From: an uncultured Planctomycetota bacterium
GTDB lineage: Bacteria; Planctomycetota; PLA2; JAEUHO01
Direction: 5' to 3'
Length of the DNA: 64,000 nt
Assembly: GCA_963752285.1 (NCBI GenBank)
Contig: CAVVXN010000005.1
Span: 1,664,001 to 1,728,000, forward strand
A model generated the notes under the pieces. The model did not search any database and was not told where the DNA came from. It was given only the letters and a program-made list of their open reading frames with translations. Of the stretch, positions 1 through 9,297 are shown one piece after another. The position numbers and the translations under genes are program-made. The first letter of the stretch is position 1; every line of letters begins with the position of its first letter.

Positions 1-1287
1 TCGACCTGGCTCCTCGGCTCGAACGCCTCCCTCGCCCTCTGGCTGGTCGGCGCGACGCCGGTGGTCTGGGCGCTGACGCGTCTCTTCCACCGGTTCGGCT
101 TCCCGGCGTACCGGCGCATCCGCGAGACGCACGCCGCGATCTCGGCGCAGGTCGCCGAGGCGATCACGGGCGTCCGCGTCGTGCAGGCCTTCGGCCAGGA
201 GGGCCGCGAGCTCGAGGACCTCGGACGCCGGCAGGGCCTCTACCGCGCGGCCGTGATCCGCGGTGCGAAGGTCGCGGGCGCGTACATCCCGAGCCTCTCC
301 CTCGTCTTCCACGGCGTGACGCTCCTGATCCTCGCCCTCGGCGCGGGCGCCGTGACGCGGGGCGAGATGAGCGTGGGGGGCCTGCTCGAGTTCGTGCTCC
401 TCATGGGGTTCGTGCTCGGGCCGGTCGAGGGGCTCGGAGGCCTCTACAACGAGTCGCTCGTGGCCGGCGCCGCGGCCGAGCGGATCTTCCTCCTCCTCGA
501 CACGGAGCCGGAGGTTCGGGACCGCCCCGACGCGATCGACCCGGGACGCCTCCGGGGCCGCGTCCGCTTCGAGGACGTGTGGTTCCGGTACGACGCGTCC
601 GACGAGACCGGCTGGCAGGTCGAGGGCGTGTCCTTCGAGGTGCGGCCCGGCGAGACGGTCGCGCTCGTGGGCCACACCGGCGCCGGCAAGACGTCGGTGA
701 TCAACCTGCTGGGCCGGTTCTACGAGGCGCAGCGGGGCGTGGTCCGCCTCGACGACATGGACATCCGCACGCTCACGCTCGACGCCCTCCACCGCCAGAC
801 GGGCATCGTGCTGCAGTCGAACTTCCTGTTCGACGGCACCGTGCTCGAGAACCTCCGCTTCGTGGAGGAGGGCCTCACGGCCGAGGCGGCCGAGCGGGGC
901 TTCGAGGCGCTCGGCTGCCTGCCCGTGCTCCGCCAGCTCCCGCACGGCCTCGACACCGAGGTCGGCGAGCGGGGCGCGAACCTGTCCGAGGGCGAGCGCC
1001 AGATCGTGTGCTTCGTGCGCGCGCTGCTGGCCCACCCGTCGATCCTGATCCTCGACGAGGCCACGAGCGCGGTGGACACGCGTACCGAGGCGCTGATCCT
1101 CGGCGCGCTTCACCGCCTCGCGTCCCGACAGACGACGGTCGTGATCGCGCACCGTCTCTCCACCATCCGGGGCGCCGACCGGATCCTCGTGATGGACCAC
1201 GGCCGCCTGGTCGAGCAGGGCACGCACGCGTCCCTGCTCGAGGCGGACGGCGTGTACGCCCGCCTCTACGCGGAGTACGCCGCCTGA
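1..1287 (+). CDS. ABC transporter fused permease/ATP-binding protein (MsbA/ABCB-like exporter), 5' truncated by window edge
   Basis: TM helices followed by NBD: Walker A GHTGAGKT, signature-like LSEGERQ, Walker B ILILDEATS, H-loop IAHRLST; frame is open from the window start. Confidence 0.93.
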   Translation, partial: STWLLGSNASLALWLVGATPVVWALTRLFHRFGFPAYRRIRETHAAISAQVAEAITGVRVVQAFGQEGRELEDLGRRQGLYRAAVIRGAKVAGAYIPSLSLVFHGVTLLILALGAGAVTRGEMSVGGLLEFVLLMGFVLGPVEGLGGLYNESLVAGAAAERIFLLLDTEPEVRDRPDAIDPGRLRGRVRFEDVWFRYDASDETGWQVEGVSFEVRPGETVALVGHTGAGKTSVINLLGRFYEAQRGVVRLDDMDIRTLTLDALHRQTGIVLQSNFLFDGTVLENLRFVEEGLTAEAAERGFEALGCLPVLRQLPHGLDTEVGERGANLSEGERQIVCFVRALLAHPSILILDEATSAVDTRTEALILGALHRLASRQTTVVIAHRLSTIRGADRILVMDHGRLVEQGTHASLLEADGVYARLYAEYAA

Positions 1288-1312
1288 CCGACCTTCCGTG
1301 CCGCGCGGGCCC

Positions 1313-4300
1313 TCAGAGACCGGCGCCGGAGCCGATGCCGAGGCGGCGGCCGACCCAGACGCGGCCGGCGAGGACCAGCCGGAAGAGCGTGGGGATCAGG
1401 AGCAGCGTGAAGATCGTCGAGACGAAGAGCCCGCCGATCAAGATGCTGCCGATGCCCCGGTAGAGCTCGCTGCCCGCGCCGGGGAAGAGGACCAGCGGCA
1501 GCAGGCCGAAGACCGTGGTGAAGAGGGTCATGAAGATCGGCCGCATGCGGGTGTGAACGCTGCGGAGGACCGCCGCGGAGGGCGGGAGCTTCTCGACGCG
1601 CATGTAGTTGAGCGACTGGTGCACGATCAGGATCGCGTTGTTCACGACGGTCCCGACGAGGATCACGAAGCCGAGCATGGTGAGCACGTCGAGCGCCTGC
1701 GGCACGAAGCGGTTCAACAGCCAGAGGCCGAACAGCCCGCCCACGGCGCCCAGCGGCACGGAGAGGATCACCACGAAGGGGTAGAACCACGACTCGAAGA
1801 GCGCCGCCATGAGGAGGTAGGTGATCGCGACCGCGAGCAACAGGTTGAACTGGAGCTCTCCCCAGACGGCCGCGAGCTTGTCGGCCGTGCCGCCCAACGT
1901 GACGCGGTAGCCACCCTCGAGACTCCCGTCCCTCTCGAGCGGCTGTACGACCTCGCTGCGCACGCGGTCCACCGCCTCCTGCAGGGGGACCGACTCGGGC
2001 GGGACGAGCTCGATCGTGACCGCCCGCTCGCGCTCGCGCCGGTTGATCTGCTCGGGCCCGGAGCTCAGGACGACGTTGGCGATCGAGCCGAGCGGGACGA
2101 GATTGCCGCTGGGGGTCGCGACCGGGAGGTCCTCCAGGTCCTGGAAGCGGCTCGCGTACTGGTCCTCGCCGACGATCGTGAGGTCCATCTTCTTGCCGCC
2201 GGAGAAGTAGTCCCCCGCGTACGCACCGTCGACGAGCGCGTCGATCGTGTAGCCGAGGTCCACGCCCGACATCCCGACGTCGCCGGTGCGGTTCCAGAGA
2301 GGCAGGATGTGCACCTCGGGGCTCGAGAGGTCGAGGCTCGGGATGGGGCGGATCTGGGCGCCCTTCGGATACATCTGCATCACCTGGCCCATCACGCGGC
2401 CGCCCATGCCGACGAGACGGTGGAGGTCGGGCCCCCGGATCTCGATGTCGATCGTCCGGCCGCCCGTGAGCCCCTGCTCGAAGAGGCTCGTCTGGAACGC
2501 GAATCCGATCGAGCCCGGGATGCCGTAGATCCGGCGGGTCAGCACGGGCCCGAGGTCCTTCGCGAGCATGTCGTCCATGGCGCGAATGCCGATGAAGAGC
2601 TGGCGCCCGCTCGCCACGAAGAAGAACTGGCTGATCGCCGGCTCCCCCGAGACCGTCGTCGTGCCCTCGTCCACGTCCCAGAGCGGACGCATCTGCCCGT
2701 CGAGGTTCTCCCCGATCCGCGTCATCTCCTCGAGGTTGTAGCCGGGGGGAGGCAGGATGATCGCGATGGTCAGGTTCTGGTTTCCGGTCGGCAGGTACTC
2801 GGCCTTGGGGATCAGCAGCCACGTCCCGAGGCCCGCCGCGCCGACGAGGAGGAGGGCGAACACGATCTGGCGGAGGATCCCGCGTTCGAGCCAGCGATGG
2901 ATCCCCAGCACGCCGTTCACGAACCCCCGCCCCAGGAGGTCGAAGGGCAGGACGAGCGGTCGGAAGAACCGCGGGACGCGGGCGTTTACGTCGGGCCCGG
3001 CGTCGGGGTCGCGTCCCGGCTCGGGCTCCTCGTCGGGATCGTGCTCCGGCAGGATCCGGGCCGTCGAGGGCGGGATCACCGTAACGGAGACGAGCAGCGA
3101 GAGGCCGACGGCGCACGAGATCGCCAGCGCGATGTCCGAGAAGAGCTGGCCGACCTCGTCCTTGAGGAAGAGGACCGGGATGAACACGGCGAGGGTCGTG
3201 AGCGTCGAGGCGACGACCGCGCCCCACACCTCGGCCGTCCCGCGGACGGAGGCGTCCACGCGGCTCTCCCCCATCTGGTGGCGGCGGTAGATGTTCTCGA
3301 GGACCACGATCGCGTTGTCCACGAGCATGCCGACGGCGAAGGCCATGCCCGCGAGGCTCACGACGTTCAGCGAGCGCCCCATCAGCCCGAGGAGGAGGAA
3401 CGTGCCGACCACGCTCGTCGGGATTGCCAGGGAGATGATGAGCGTCGAGCGAAGGCTCCTCAGGAAGATGAGCAGGACGAGCACGGTGAGGATGCCGCCC
3501 AGGACGATGTTCGACTGGACCAGGCCGATCGCCGACTCGATGTACTCGGTCTCGTCGTAAGCCTGGTCGAGCTGGACGCCCTTCGACGCGAGGACGCCCG
3601 AGTTGAGCTCCTCGATGGCGGTTCGGATGCCCGCCATCACATCGAGGACGTTCGCGCCGGTCTCGCGAACGCAGTTGATCGCCAGGCAGCGCTGGCCGAA
3701 GTGGAAGACGGCGGCCGAGGGCTTGTGGTAGCCGATCTTCACGTCCGCGACGTCGCGGACGAGGACGGTGACGCCGCCGCGGCGCGCGACGACGCTCTCC
3801 GCGACGTCTTCCGGCGAGTGGAACTGGCCGAGGGTGCGCACGACGTAGCGCCGCTTCCCCTCCCAGTAGTCGCCGGCCGAGACGTCGGTGTTGTGGAGCG
3901 CGAGGGCCGCGCGGAGCTCCGGGATCGTGATCCGCCGCGCGGCGAGACGCTGCGGGTCCACGACGACGAGAAGCTCCTCCTCCTCGCCGCCGAACACGTT
4001 CGCGTTCGACACCCCGGTGACGCGCTCGAGACGCGCCTCGATCTGGTCCTCGGTGAAGCGGAGGAGCTTCGGAATGTCCACAGCGGGCGGCAGGATCGGC
4101 TGGACCCCCGGATTCGCCTTGGCCGCGTCCGCGAGACGCCGGCCCCTCAGGCCCCGGCTCTTCGCGCGGAGCGCGGGCTCGAGGGCGCTCGCGAGCTCCG
4201 GGTGCTCCTGCTGAAACTTCCGGATCTCGGCGTCCGTGGGGACCCGCGGCCTGAGAATCATCCACGCGATCGGCTTGTCCGAGGACGAAGACGTGGCGAT

Positions 4301-4678
4301 GACGGGCTCGTCCGCGTTCTCCGGGTAGCTCTTCACCTGCTGGAGCCGGGTGTTGACCTTGAGGAGCGCGGTCGCGATGTCGGTCCCGACCGAGAACTCG
4401 AGGTTGATCGTGCCGGTGGAGTCCTGGCTCTCCGAGGACATCTTCGTGACGCCCTCGACGCCCTTCAGCTGCTCCTCCTGCGCATCGACGATCTCTCGCT
4501 CGACCTCCTCCGGGCTCGCGCCGGGCCACGCGGTCTTGATCGAGATGACCTGACGCTGCACCTCCGGCACGAGCTGGATCGGCATCCGCGTCAACGCGAT
4601 CAGCCCGAAGAGGACGACCAGCAGCACGCCGACCGCGATCTTGACGGGGTTCTGGACGAAGGCGGTGATCAGGTTCAC
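1313..4678 (-). CDS. RND efflux transporter permease subunit (AcrB/AcrD/AcrF family)
   Basis: 1121 aa; GMLVDNAIVVLENI (TM4), GTVVNNAILIV, RMRPIFMT motifs; two large periplasmic loops. Confidence 0.95.
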   Translation of the reverse strand: MNLITAFVQNPVKIAVGVLLVVLFGLIALTRMPIQLVPEVQRQVISIKTAWPGASPEEVEREIVDAQEEQLKGVEGVTKMSSESQDSTGTINLEFSVGTDIATALLKVNTRLQQVKSYPENADEPVIATSSSSDKPIAWMILRPRVPTDAEIRKFQQEHPELASALEPALRAKSRGLRGRRLADAAKANPGVQPILPPAVDIPKLLRFTEDQIEARLERVTGVSNANVFGGEEEELLVVVDPQRLAARRITIPELRAALALHNTDVSAGDYWEGKRRYVVRTLGQFHSPEDVAESVVARRGGVTVLVRDVADVKIGYHKPSAAVFHFGQRCLAINCVRETGANVLDVMAGIRTAIEELNSGVLASKGVQLDQAYDETEYIESAIGLVQSNIVLGGILTVLVLLIFLRSLRSTLIISLAIPTSVVGTFLLLGLMGRSLNVVSLAGMAFAVGMLVDNAIVVLENIYRRHQMGESRVDASVRGTAEVWGAVVASTLTTLAVFIPVLFLKDEVGQLFSDIALAISCAVGLSLLVSVTVIPPSTARILPEHDPDEEPEPGRDPDAGPDVNARVPRFFRPLVLPFDLLGRGFVNGVLGIHRWLERGILRQIVFALLLVGAAGLGTWLLIPKAEYLPTGNQNLTIAIILPPPGYNLEEMTRIGENLDGQMRPLWDVDEGTTTVSGEPAISQFFFVASGRQLFIGIRAMDDMLAKDLGPVLTRRIYGIPGSIGFAFQTSLFEQGLTGGRTIDIEIRGPDLHRLVGMGGRVMGQVMQMYPKGAQIRPIPSLDLSSPEVHILPLWNRTGDVGMSGVDLGYTIDALVDGAYAGDYFSGGKKMDLTIVGEDQYASRFQDLEDLPVATPSGNLVPLGSIANVVLSSGPEQINRRERERAVTIELVPPESVPLQEAVDRVRSEVVQPLERDGSLEGGYRVTLGGTADKLAAVWGELQFNLLLAVAITYLLMAALFESWFYPFVVILSVPLGAVGGLFGLWLLNRFVPQALDVLTMLGFVILVGTVVNNAILIVHQSLNYMRVEKLPPSAAVLRSVHTRMRPIFMTLFTTVFGLLPLVLFPGAGSELYRGIGSILIGGLFVSTIFTLLLIPTLFRLVLAGRVWVGRRLGIGSGAGL

Positions 4679-4688
4679 GGCGGCCCGA

Positions 4689-5963
4689 TCAGTCCTGGAC
4701 CTGGACCGGAGCCGCCGGCGGGAACAGGCGCTCGTTGCCGCGCGTCACGACCTGGACGCCGGCCTCGAGCTCCCCCTTCACCTCCACGAGGTCGTCCACC
4801 GCCGCGCCGAGCACGACGGCCACGGGGTGCGCGACCGACGTCTTCGGGTCGATGACCCAGACGACCGGCTGCGGTCCGCCCAGCACCACCGCGTCCTTCG
4901 GGACGAAGATTCCCTGGCTCTCCTGCCCCACCGCGAGCGTCGTGCGCGCGAACATGCCCGCCTTGATCAACGGCTCGTCGCCAACGCGCTCGTTGTCGAG
5001 GCGCACGAGGACGGGAAAGGTACGACCGCGTACGTCGGCCTGCGGCACGATGCGGTGGATCTTGCCGGTCAGCATGCGGCGTGCGAGCGCGTCGATCTCG
5101 ACGCGCACCGACGTCTCCTCCACGAGGCCGCCGACGAAGTCCTCGGGCACCTGCACGACGACGTCCACCTGGTCGAGCGCGACGATCTCCACGACGGGCG
5201 CCCCCACGGAGAGGTACTCGCCCTCCTCCGTGCGCTCCGCCACGACCCACCCGCCGAAGGGGGCCTTGATCTCGTATCGACTTCGCTGCTCCTCGAGACG
5301 GTCCACGGTGGCCTGCTCGCCGTCCACCTGGGCCTTCGCCTGGGCGACCTCCTCCTCCCGGGGACCGGCGACGACGAGGGCCAGCGCGGCCTTGGCCGCG
5401 TCCACGAGCAAGCCGGCGTCCTTCTCCTGAAGCCGCGCGTCGCGGAGCTGGTCCTCGCTGATCGTGTGGTCGGAGTAGAGCCGCTCCGCGGCCTCGCGGC
5501 GCCACGTCTTGAGCTCGAGATCCGCCTCCTGCTGGGCCACGCGGGCGCGCGACTGCTGGACCTCCTCGGGACGCGACCCGTTCTGGAGCTCCCGGAGGCG
5601 CTCGGTCCTCAGCGCGAGCTCCGCCCGCGCCGCGGCGAGGTCCAGGTCGAGGATGGCCGTGGAGAGCTTCGCGACCGGCTGCTTCTCCTCGACGCGGTCG
5701 CCCTGGCGCACGAGGAGCGCGGTCACGAGCCCCGCGAACTCGCTCCCCACGACGCTCCGCCGTGTCGGCTCGACGGACCCCACGAACGAACGGCCTTCGC
5801 GCACCGACCGCGCGACCACGGGCGCCGCCTTCACGGGCTGCGGCGGACGCGCGGGCGGCCCGGCCGGGCCCGCGCCCGCCTTCCCGCCTCCGCCCTCGGC
5901 CCACACCACGCCCGCGAGGAGGCCCAGGAGGACCGCCGCCCGCGCCGCCAGACGAACCCTCAT
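4689..5963 (-). CDS. RND efflux periplasmic adaptor (membrane fusion protein)
   Basis: Signal-like N-terminus MRVRLAARAAVLLGLLAG; lipoyl half-motifs (V..GDRV, IKAPFGGWV), coiled coil, VPKDAV; ATG overlaps the MarR stop (ATGA at 5960-5963). Confidence 0.9.
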   Translation of the reverse strand: MRVRLAARAAVLLGLLAGVVWAEGGGGKAGAGPAGPPARPPQPVKAAPVVARSVREGRSFVGSVEPTRRSVVGSEFAGLVTALLVRQGDRVEEKQPVAKLSTAILDLDLAAARAELALRTERLRELQNGSRPEEVQQSRARVAQQEADLELKTWRREAAERLYSDHTISEDQLRDARLQEKDAGLLVDAAKAALALVVAGPREEEVAQAKAQVDGEQATVDRLEEQRSRYEIKAPFGGWVVAERTEEGEYLSVGAPVVEIVALDQVDVVVQVPEDFVGGLVEETSVRVEIDALARRMLTGKIHRIVPQADVRGRTFPVLVRLDNERVGDEPLIKAGMFARTTLAVGQESQGIFVPKDAVVLGGPQPVVWVIDPKTSVAHPVAVVLGAAVDDLVEVKGELEAGVQVVTRGNERLFPPAAPVQVQD

Positions 5964-6430
5964 TCGACCTCCTCGACGCCCAGGTTCTGGCGGATCACGG
6001 CGAGCGCCTCGCGCAACGTGTCGAGCTGCTCCCGCGAGAGGCCGGCGATCGCACGCTCCCGGACACGGTGGGCGCACTCGACGAGCTGCTCCCAGACGGG
6101 CCCGATCCGTGGCTCCAGGCGCACGAGCTTCCGGCGCTTGTCGCTGGGGTTCGGACGGCGCGTGATCCACCCGTCGCGTTCCATGCGGTCGAGGATCCCC
6201 GCCAGCGTCGGCGGCTCGATCGTCATCTCCTTCGCCAGCTCGGCCTGGCAGACGTCCCGTTCGCGCGTGAGGCGGAGGAGGACGCGCCACTGCTGGTGCG
6301 TCACGCCGACGCGGGCGAACTCCTCGTTCAAGGCCCGCTTCATGGCCCGCGCCGTCGGGAGCATCCAGTACGTGATGCTCTCGTGGAAGTCGTACTCGAG
6401 GGGTTTGTGCTCGCTGTCGGTCACGTGCAT
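5960..6430 (-). CDS. MarR family transcriptional regulator
   Basis: QAELAKEMTIEPPTLAGILDRMERDGWITRRPNPSDKRRKLV winged-HTH with DxR motif; heads the efflux operon. Confidence 0.92.
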   Translation of the reverse strand: MHVTDSEHKPLEYDFHESITYWMLPTARAMKRALNEEFARVGVTHQQWRVLLRLTRERDVCQAELAKEMTIEPPTLAGILDRMERDGWITRRPNPSDKRRKLVRLEPRIGPVWEQLVECAHRVRERAIAGLSREQLDTLREALAVIRQNLGVEEVE

Positions 6431-6907
6431 GGAACCTTCCAGGGTAGTGTTGCCGCCCTCCCGGGCCAGCGGGGGAACGAGCGACGCGCGCGCGTCGGCG
6501 CGGGTCTCGGCCTCTGGCTCCGTCCCGACCGGCCTCGCGGGCGAGGCCCTCCTGTGTCGCGCCCCGTGTGCTCGTCCTCTCCGCGTACGCGGCGCACCGG
6601 CCCGCGCCGACCCCGAGCTCGCCGCTCGAGGTGGCCCAGAGCCCGAGGCGGACCGGACCACCCCCCGCGCGCCCGGGGGCCCTGAACGTACCGGCGGACG
6701 GGGGCCGGCCCGTCGGTGGAGTTCATCCCCGACCCCGGCCGTCGCGCACGGGCGAGGCGCCCCCGCCCACCGGCGGGAGGCGAGTCTTTGCCGCGGAGGG
6801 GCCGGGGCGGGTTTGCGTCCCGTTCTCAGCATCGCTACCGGGACCCTCGGCCTCCCCCTAGCATCCCCCCCCGGTTCGATCCCATCGATCCCAGGCAGGA
6901 GCATCCC

Positions 6908-7114
6908 GTGAAGAAGGCTTTCCTGGTTCTCGGTCTCATCGCAGCGGCGGGACTCGCCGGAGCGTGCCATCACTACAGCTACGCGGGCACGCCGGGCGCC
7001 ACGACGTACGCGCAGCCCGCCCCGACGGGCCCGATGCCGGCGCCGATGACCGCGCCCCCGATGTCCGCCCCCGCGGCGGGCACGGGCTGCGGCGGCCCGC
7101 ACGGTTGCGGCTAA
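6908..7114 (+). CDS. Small Pro-rich lipoprotein (68 aa) with C-terminal GCGGPHGCG
   Basis: AGGAG SD then GTG; KK + hydrophobic stretch + lipobox LAGA-C; ends in TAA. Confidence 0.7.
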   Translation: MKKAFLVLGLIAAAGLAGACHHYSYAGTPGATTYAQPAPTGPMPAPMTAPPMSAPAAGTGCGGPHGCG

Positions 7115-7329
7115 ACCCCGCTCGCGCGAACGTCTCCGGTCGTCTCGACCGGCCTGACCCCGCTTGACCGCCGCGCCCCCGTCGGCGCGGGTCGGTTCTG
7201 GTCGTCTGCTCTTCGACAAGGGGGAGCAGACGACCTCGTTCCAGGTGGCGCCGGCCGCGCACGCCCTCTGACGCGACCTGCCTGCGCCCGATTCCGGGCC
7301 CCGTGCGCGCATGGCGCCGGGAGGACCAC

Positions 7330-7791
7330 GTGAGCGGCGAACGCCCCGGGACGCCGGACGAGAGTCGGGAGCGCCTCGTCGCCCGACTCGGAGACGAGGA
7401 CCCCGGCCAGCGGACCGCCGCCGCGAAGGCGCTCGGCCGACTCGGGCCCACGGCGCGCGAATTCGCGCCGGAGCTCCTACCGGTCCTCGGGGACGAGGAC
7501 CCGATGGTTCGGGCGATGGCCGCCGCGGCGCTCGGGAAGATCGGCGCCGACGAGGACCGGGTCGTGCAGGCGCTCGGCCTCCTCCTCGACGACGCGGTGG
7601 TGCCGGTTCGCTTCTGGGCGGCCGACGCGCTCGGACGGCTCGGTGCCTCGGCGGGCCCGCTCCTGGCACGACTCGACCGGCTGGCGGCGAGCGGTCCGCC
7701 TCCGGTCTCGAACGCGGCCCGACTCGCCGCCAGCCGCATTCGATCGGCAAGGGCGGGCGAGGATCAGGGGTCGGACGCGATCGGGCGGTAG
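7330..7791 (+). CDS. HEAT-repeat protein
   Basis: Three repeats of the type LGDEDPxVRxxAAxALGxLG; GGAGG SD before GTG. Confidence 0.8.
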   Translation: MSGERPGTPDESRERLVARLGDEDPGQRTAAAKALGRLGPTAREFAPELLPVLGDEDPMVRAMAAAALGKIGADEDRVVQALGLLLDDAVVPVRFWAADALGRLGASAGPLLARLDRLAASGPPPVSNAARLAASRIRSARAGEDQGSDAIGR

Positions 7792-7802
7792 AATCCCGCG
7801 CG

Positions 7803-8030
7803 ATGCCGAGTCCGCATTCCCTCCGCCGCCTCGCCAACCTCTCGAAGAAGGTCCACGACGACCTCCGGCGCGGCGGGATGGCGATGACGTTCAAGTACCT
7901 CTTCCGCTCCACCGCGATCTTGGCCCGGGTGACGGCGATCCTCGCCGACTACGTGGCGACCGAGGCGGGCGCCCCCGCCCAGGAAGGCGAAGAGCCGCCC
8001 GGGAAGCGGGGCCTTCGCACCGGCCGCTAG
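7803..8030 (+). CDS. Small hypothetical protein (75 aa)
   Basis: ATG just after the HEAT gene; normal amino-acid composition (MPSPHSLRRLANLSKKVHDDLRRGG...) and GC3-biased codons. Confidence 0.6.
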   Translation: MPSPHSLRRLANLSKKVHDDLRRGGMAMTFKYLFRSTAILARVTAILADYVATEAGAPAQEGEEPPGKRGLRTGR

Positions 8031-8053
8031 CCCGCCGGGCCCGCCCCCCTCGA

Positions 8054-9208
8054 TCAGCGCGCGGCGCGCCGCGGCGGTGCGGTCGGGGGCGCGGCGCCTT
8101 CGCGGGCTTCGGCGGAGAGGAGCTCCAACGCGCGCCTGTTCGCGCGGGGGAACGCGTAGCCGTCCAGGTCCGAGAGGCGGACGAAACGCGGCGACTCGCA
8201 CGCGAGCGGGCGCGGACGACCGCGGGCGCACGAGCAGTGGAAGAGGTGGAGCGTGATCTTCATGTGCGTGTAGGCGTGGTCGATCGCCACGAACCGGCGA
8301 CCGACCGCGACCTCGAGACCGGTCTCCTCGCGGACCTCGCGCGCGCAGGCCTCCTCGAGCGTCTCCCCCCGCTCCCGCTTCCCGCCGGGGAACTCCCAGA
8401 GCCCGCCGAGGAGACCTTCGCGGGGCCGGCGCGCGACGAGGAGCCGGTCGCCCCGCCACACGAGACCCGCCGCGATGTCGTGGTGCGGGACCGGCTTCCT
8501 CGCGGGCCTGTGGGGCAGCGCGGCTGCCCGGCCGCGAGCTCGGGCGCGGCACACGTCCGCGAGGGGACACACGTCGCAGCGCGGCGCCCTCGGCACGCAG
8601 ACCGTTGCGCCGAGGTCCATCACGGCCTGGTTCCAGTCGCCCGGCCGGGACGCGGGGAGGAAGGCATCCGCCGCGCGGCGCACGCGTTCTCTCGCCGCGG
8701 ATCGGGTCACGTCGCCGCCCTCGTCGAGGAGTCGCGCCACGACGCGGACCACGTTCCCGTCCACGACGGCCGCCGGGCACCCGAACGCGATGCTCGCCAC
8801 CGCGGCGGCCGTGTACGGCCCGAAACCCGGAAGGGCCACGAGGGCCTCGACCTCGCGCGGGAGGGTCGCCCCGTACCGCGCCACGAGCACCCGGGCCGCG
8901 CGGTAGAGGGACCGCGCCCTCGCGTAGTAGCCGAGCCCCTCCCACGCCTTCAGGACCTGGTCCTCGCGGGCGCCCGCGAGGGACCGGACGTCGGGGAACT
9001 GCGCGAGGAACCGCGGCCAGCGGTCGAGGACCGTGGCCACGCGCGTCTGCTGGAGCATGGTCTCCGAGACCCAGATCTCGTAGGGGTCCCGGGTGCGGCG
9101 CCACGGGAGGTCCCGCGCCGCGCGGTCGTAGTGGGCGAGGAGACGGCGACGGACGCGCCGCACGAAGGACGCGTCCGGGCCCGACGACCCGGTGTCGCGG
9201 GCCCGCAC
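8054..9208 (-). CDS. mutY: A/G-specific adenine glycosylase MutY with C-terminal NUDIX domain (start uncertain; 9265 possible)
   Basis: RDLPWR, IWVSETMLQQT, WEGLGYYARAR, HhH LPGFGPYTA, VDGNVVRV, Fe-S motif CVPRAPRCDVCPLADVC. Confidence 0.95.
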   Translation of the reverse strand: MRARDTGSSGPDASFVRRVRRRLLAHYDRAARDLPWRRTRDPYEIWVSETMLQQTRVATVLDRWPRFLAQFPDVRSLAGAREDQVLKAWEGLGYYARARSLYRAARVLVARYGATLPREVEALVALPGFGPYTAAAVASIAFGCPAAVVDGNVVRVVARLLDEGGDVTRSAARERVRRAADAFLPASRPGDWNQAVMDLGATVCVPRAPRCDVCPLADVCRARARGRAAALPHRPARKPVPHHDIAAGLVWRGDRLLVARRPREGLLGGLWEFPGGKRERGETLEEACAREVREETGLEVAVGRRFVAIDHAYTHMKITLHLFHCSCARGRPRPLACESPRFVRLSDLDGYAFPRANRRALELLSAEAREGAAPPTAPPRRAAR

Positions 9209-9263
9209 GCGGGAAGGGCCGTCTCGGCGTCCGCCTCTGGCGGACGCCCGGGAACGATCGGTC

Positions 9264-9297
9264 ACGGGTCGCGCCGACGGCGCGACTAGGGAGCCGC
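9264..9297 (-). promoter_or_regulatory. Candidate bacterial SECIS element directly 3' of an in-frame UGA
   Basis: mRNA after UGA reads GCGG-CUCCCUA-GUCGCGCC-GUC-GGCGCGAC-CCGU: 8-bp upper stem after an 11-nt spacer, loop starting GU, possible lower stem GCGG/CCGU. Confidence 0.6.
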
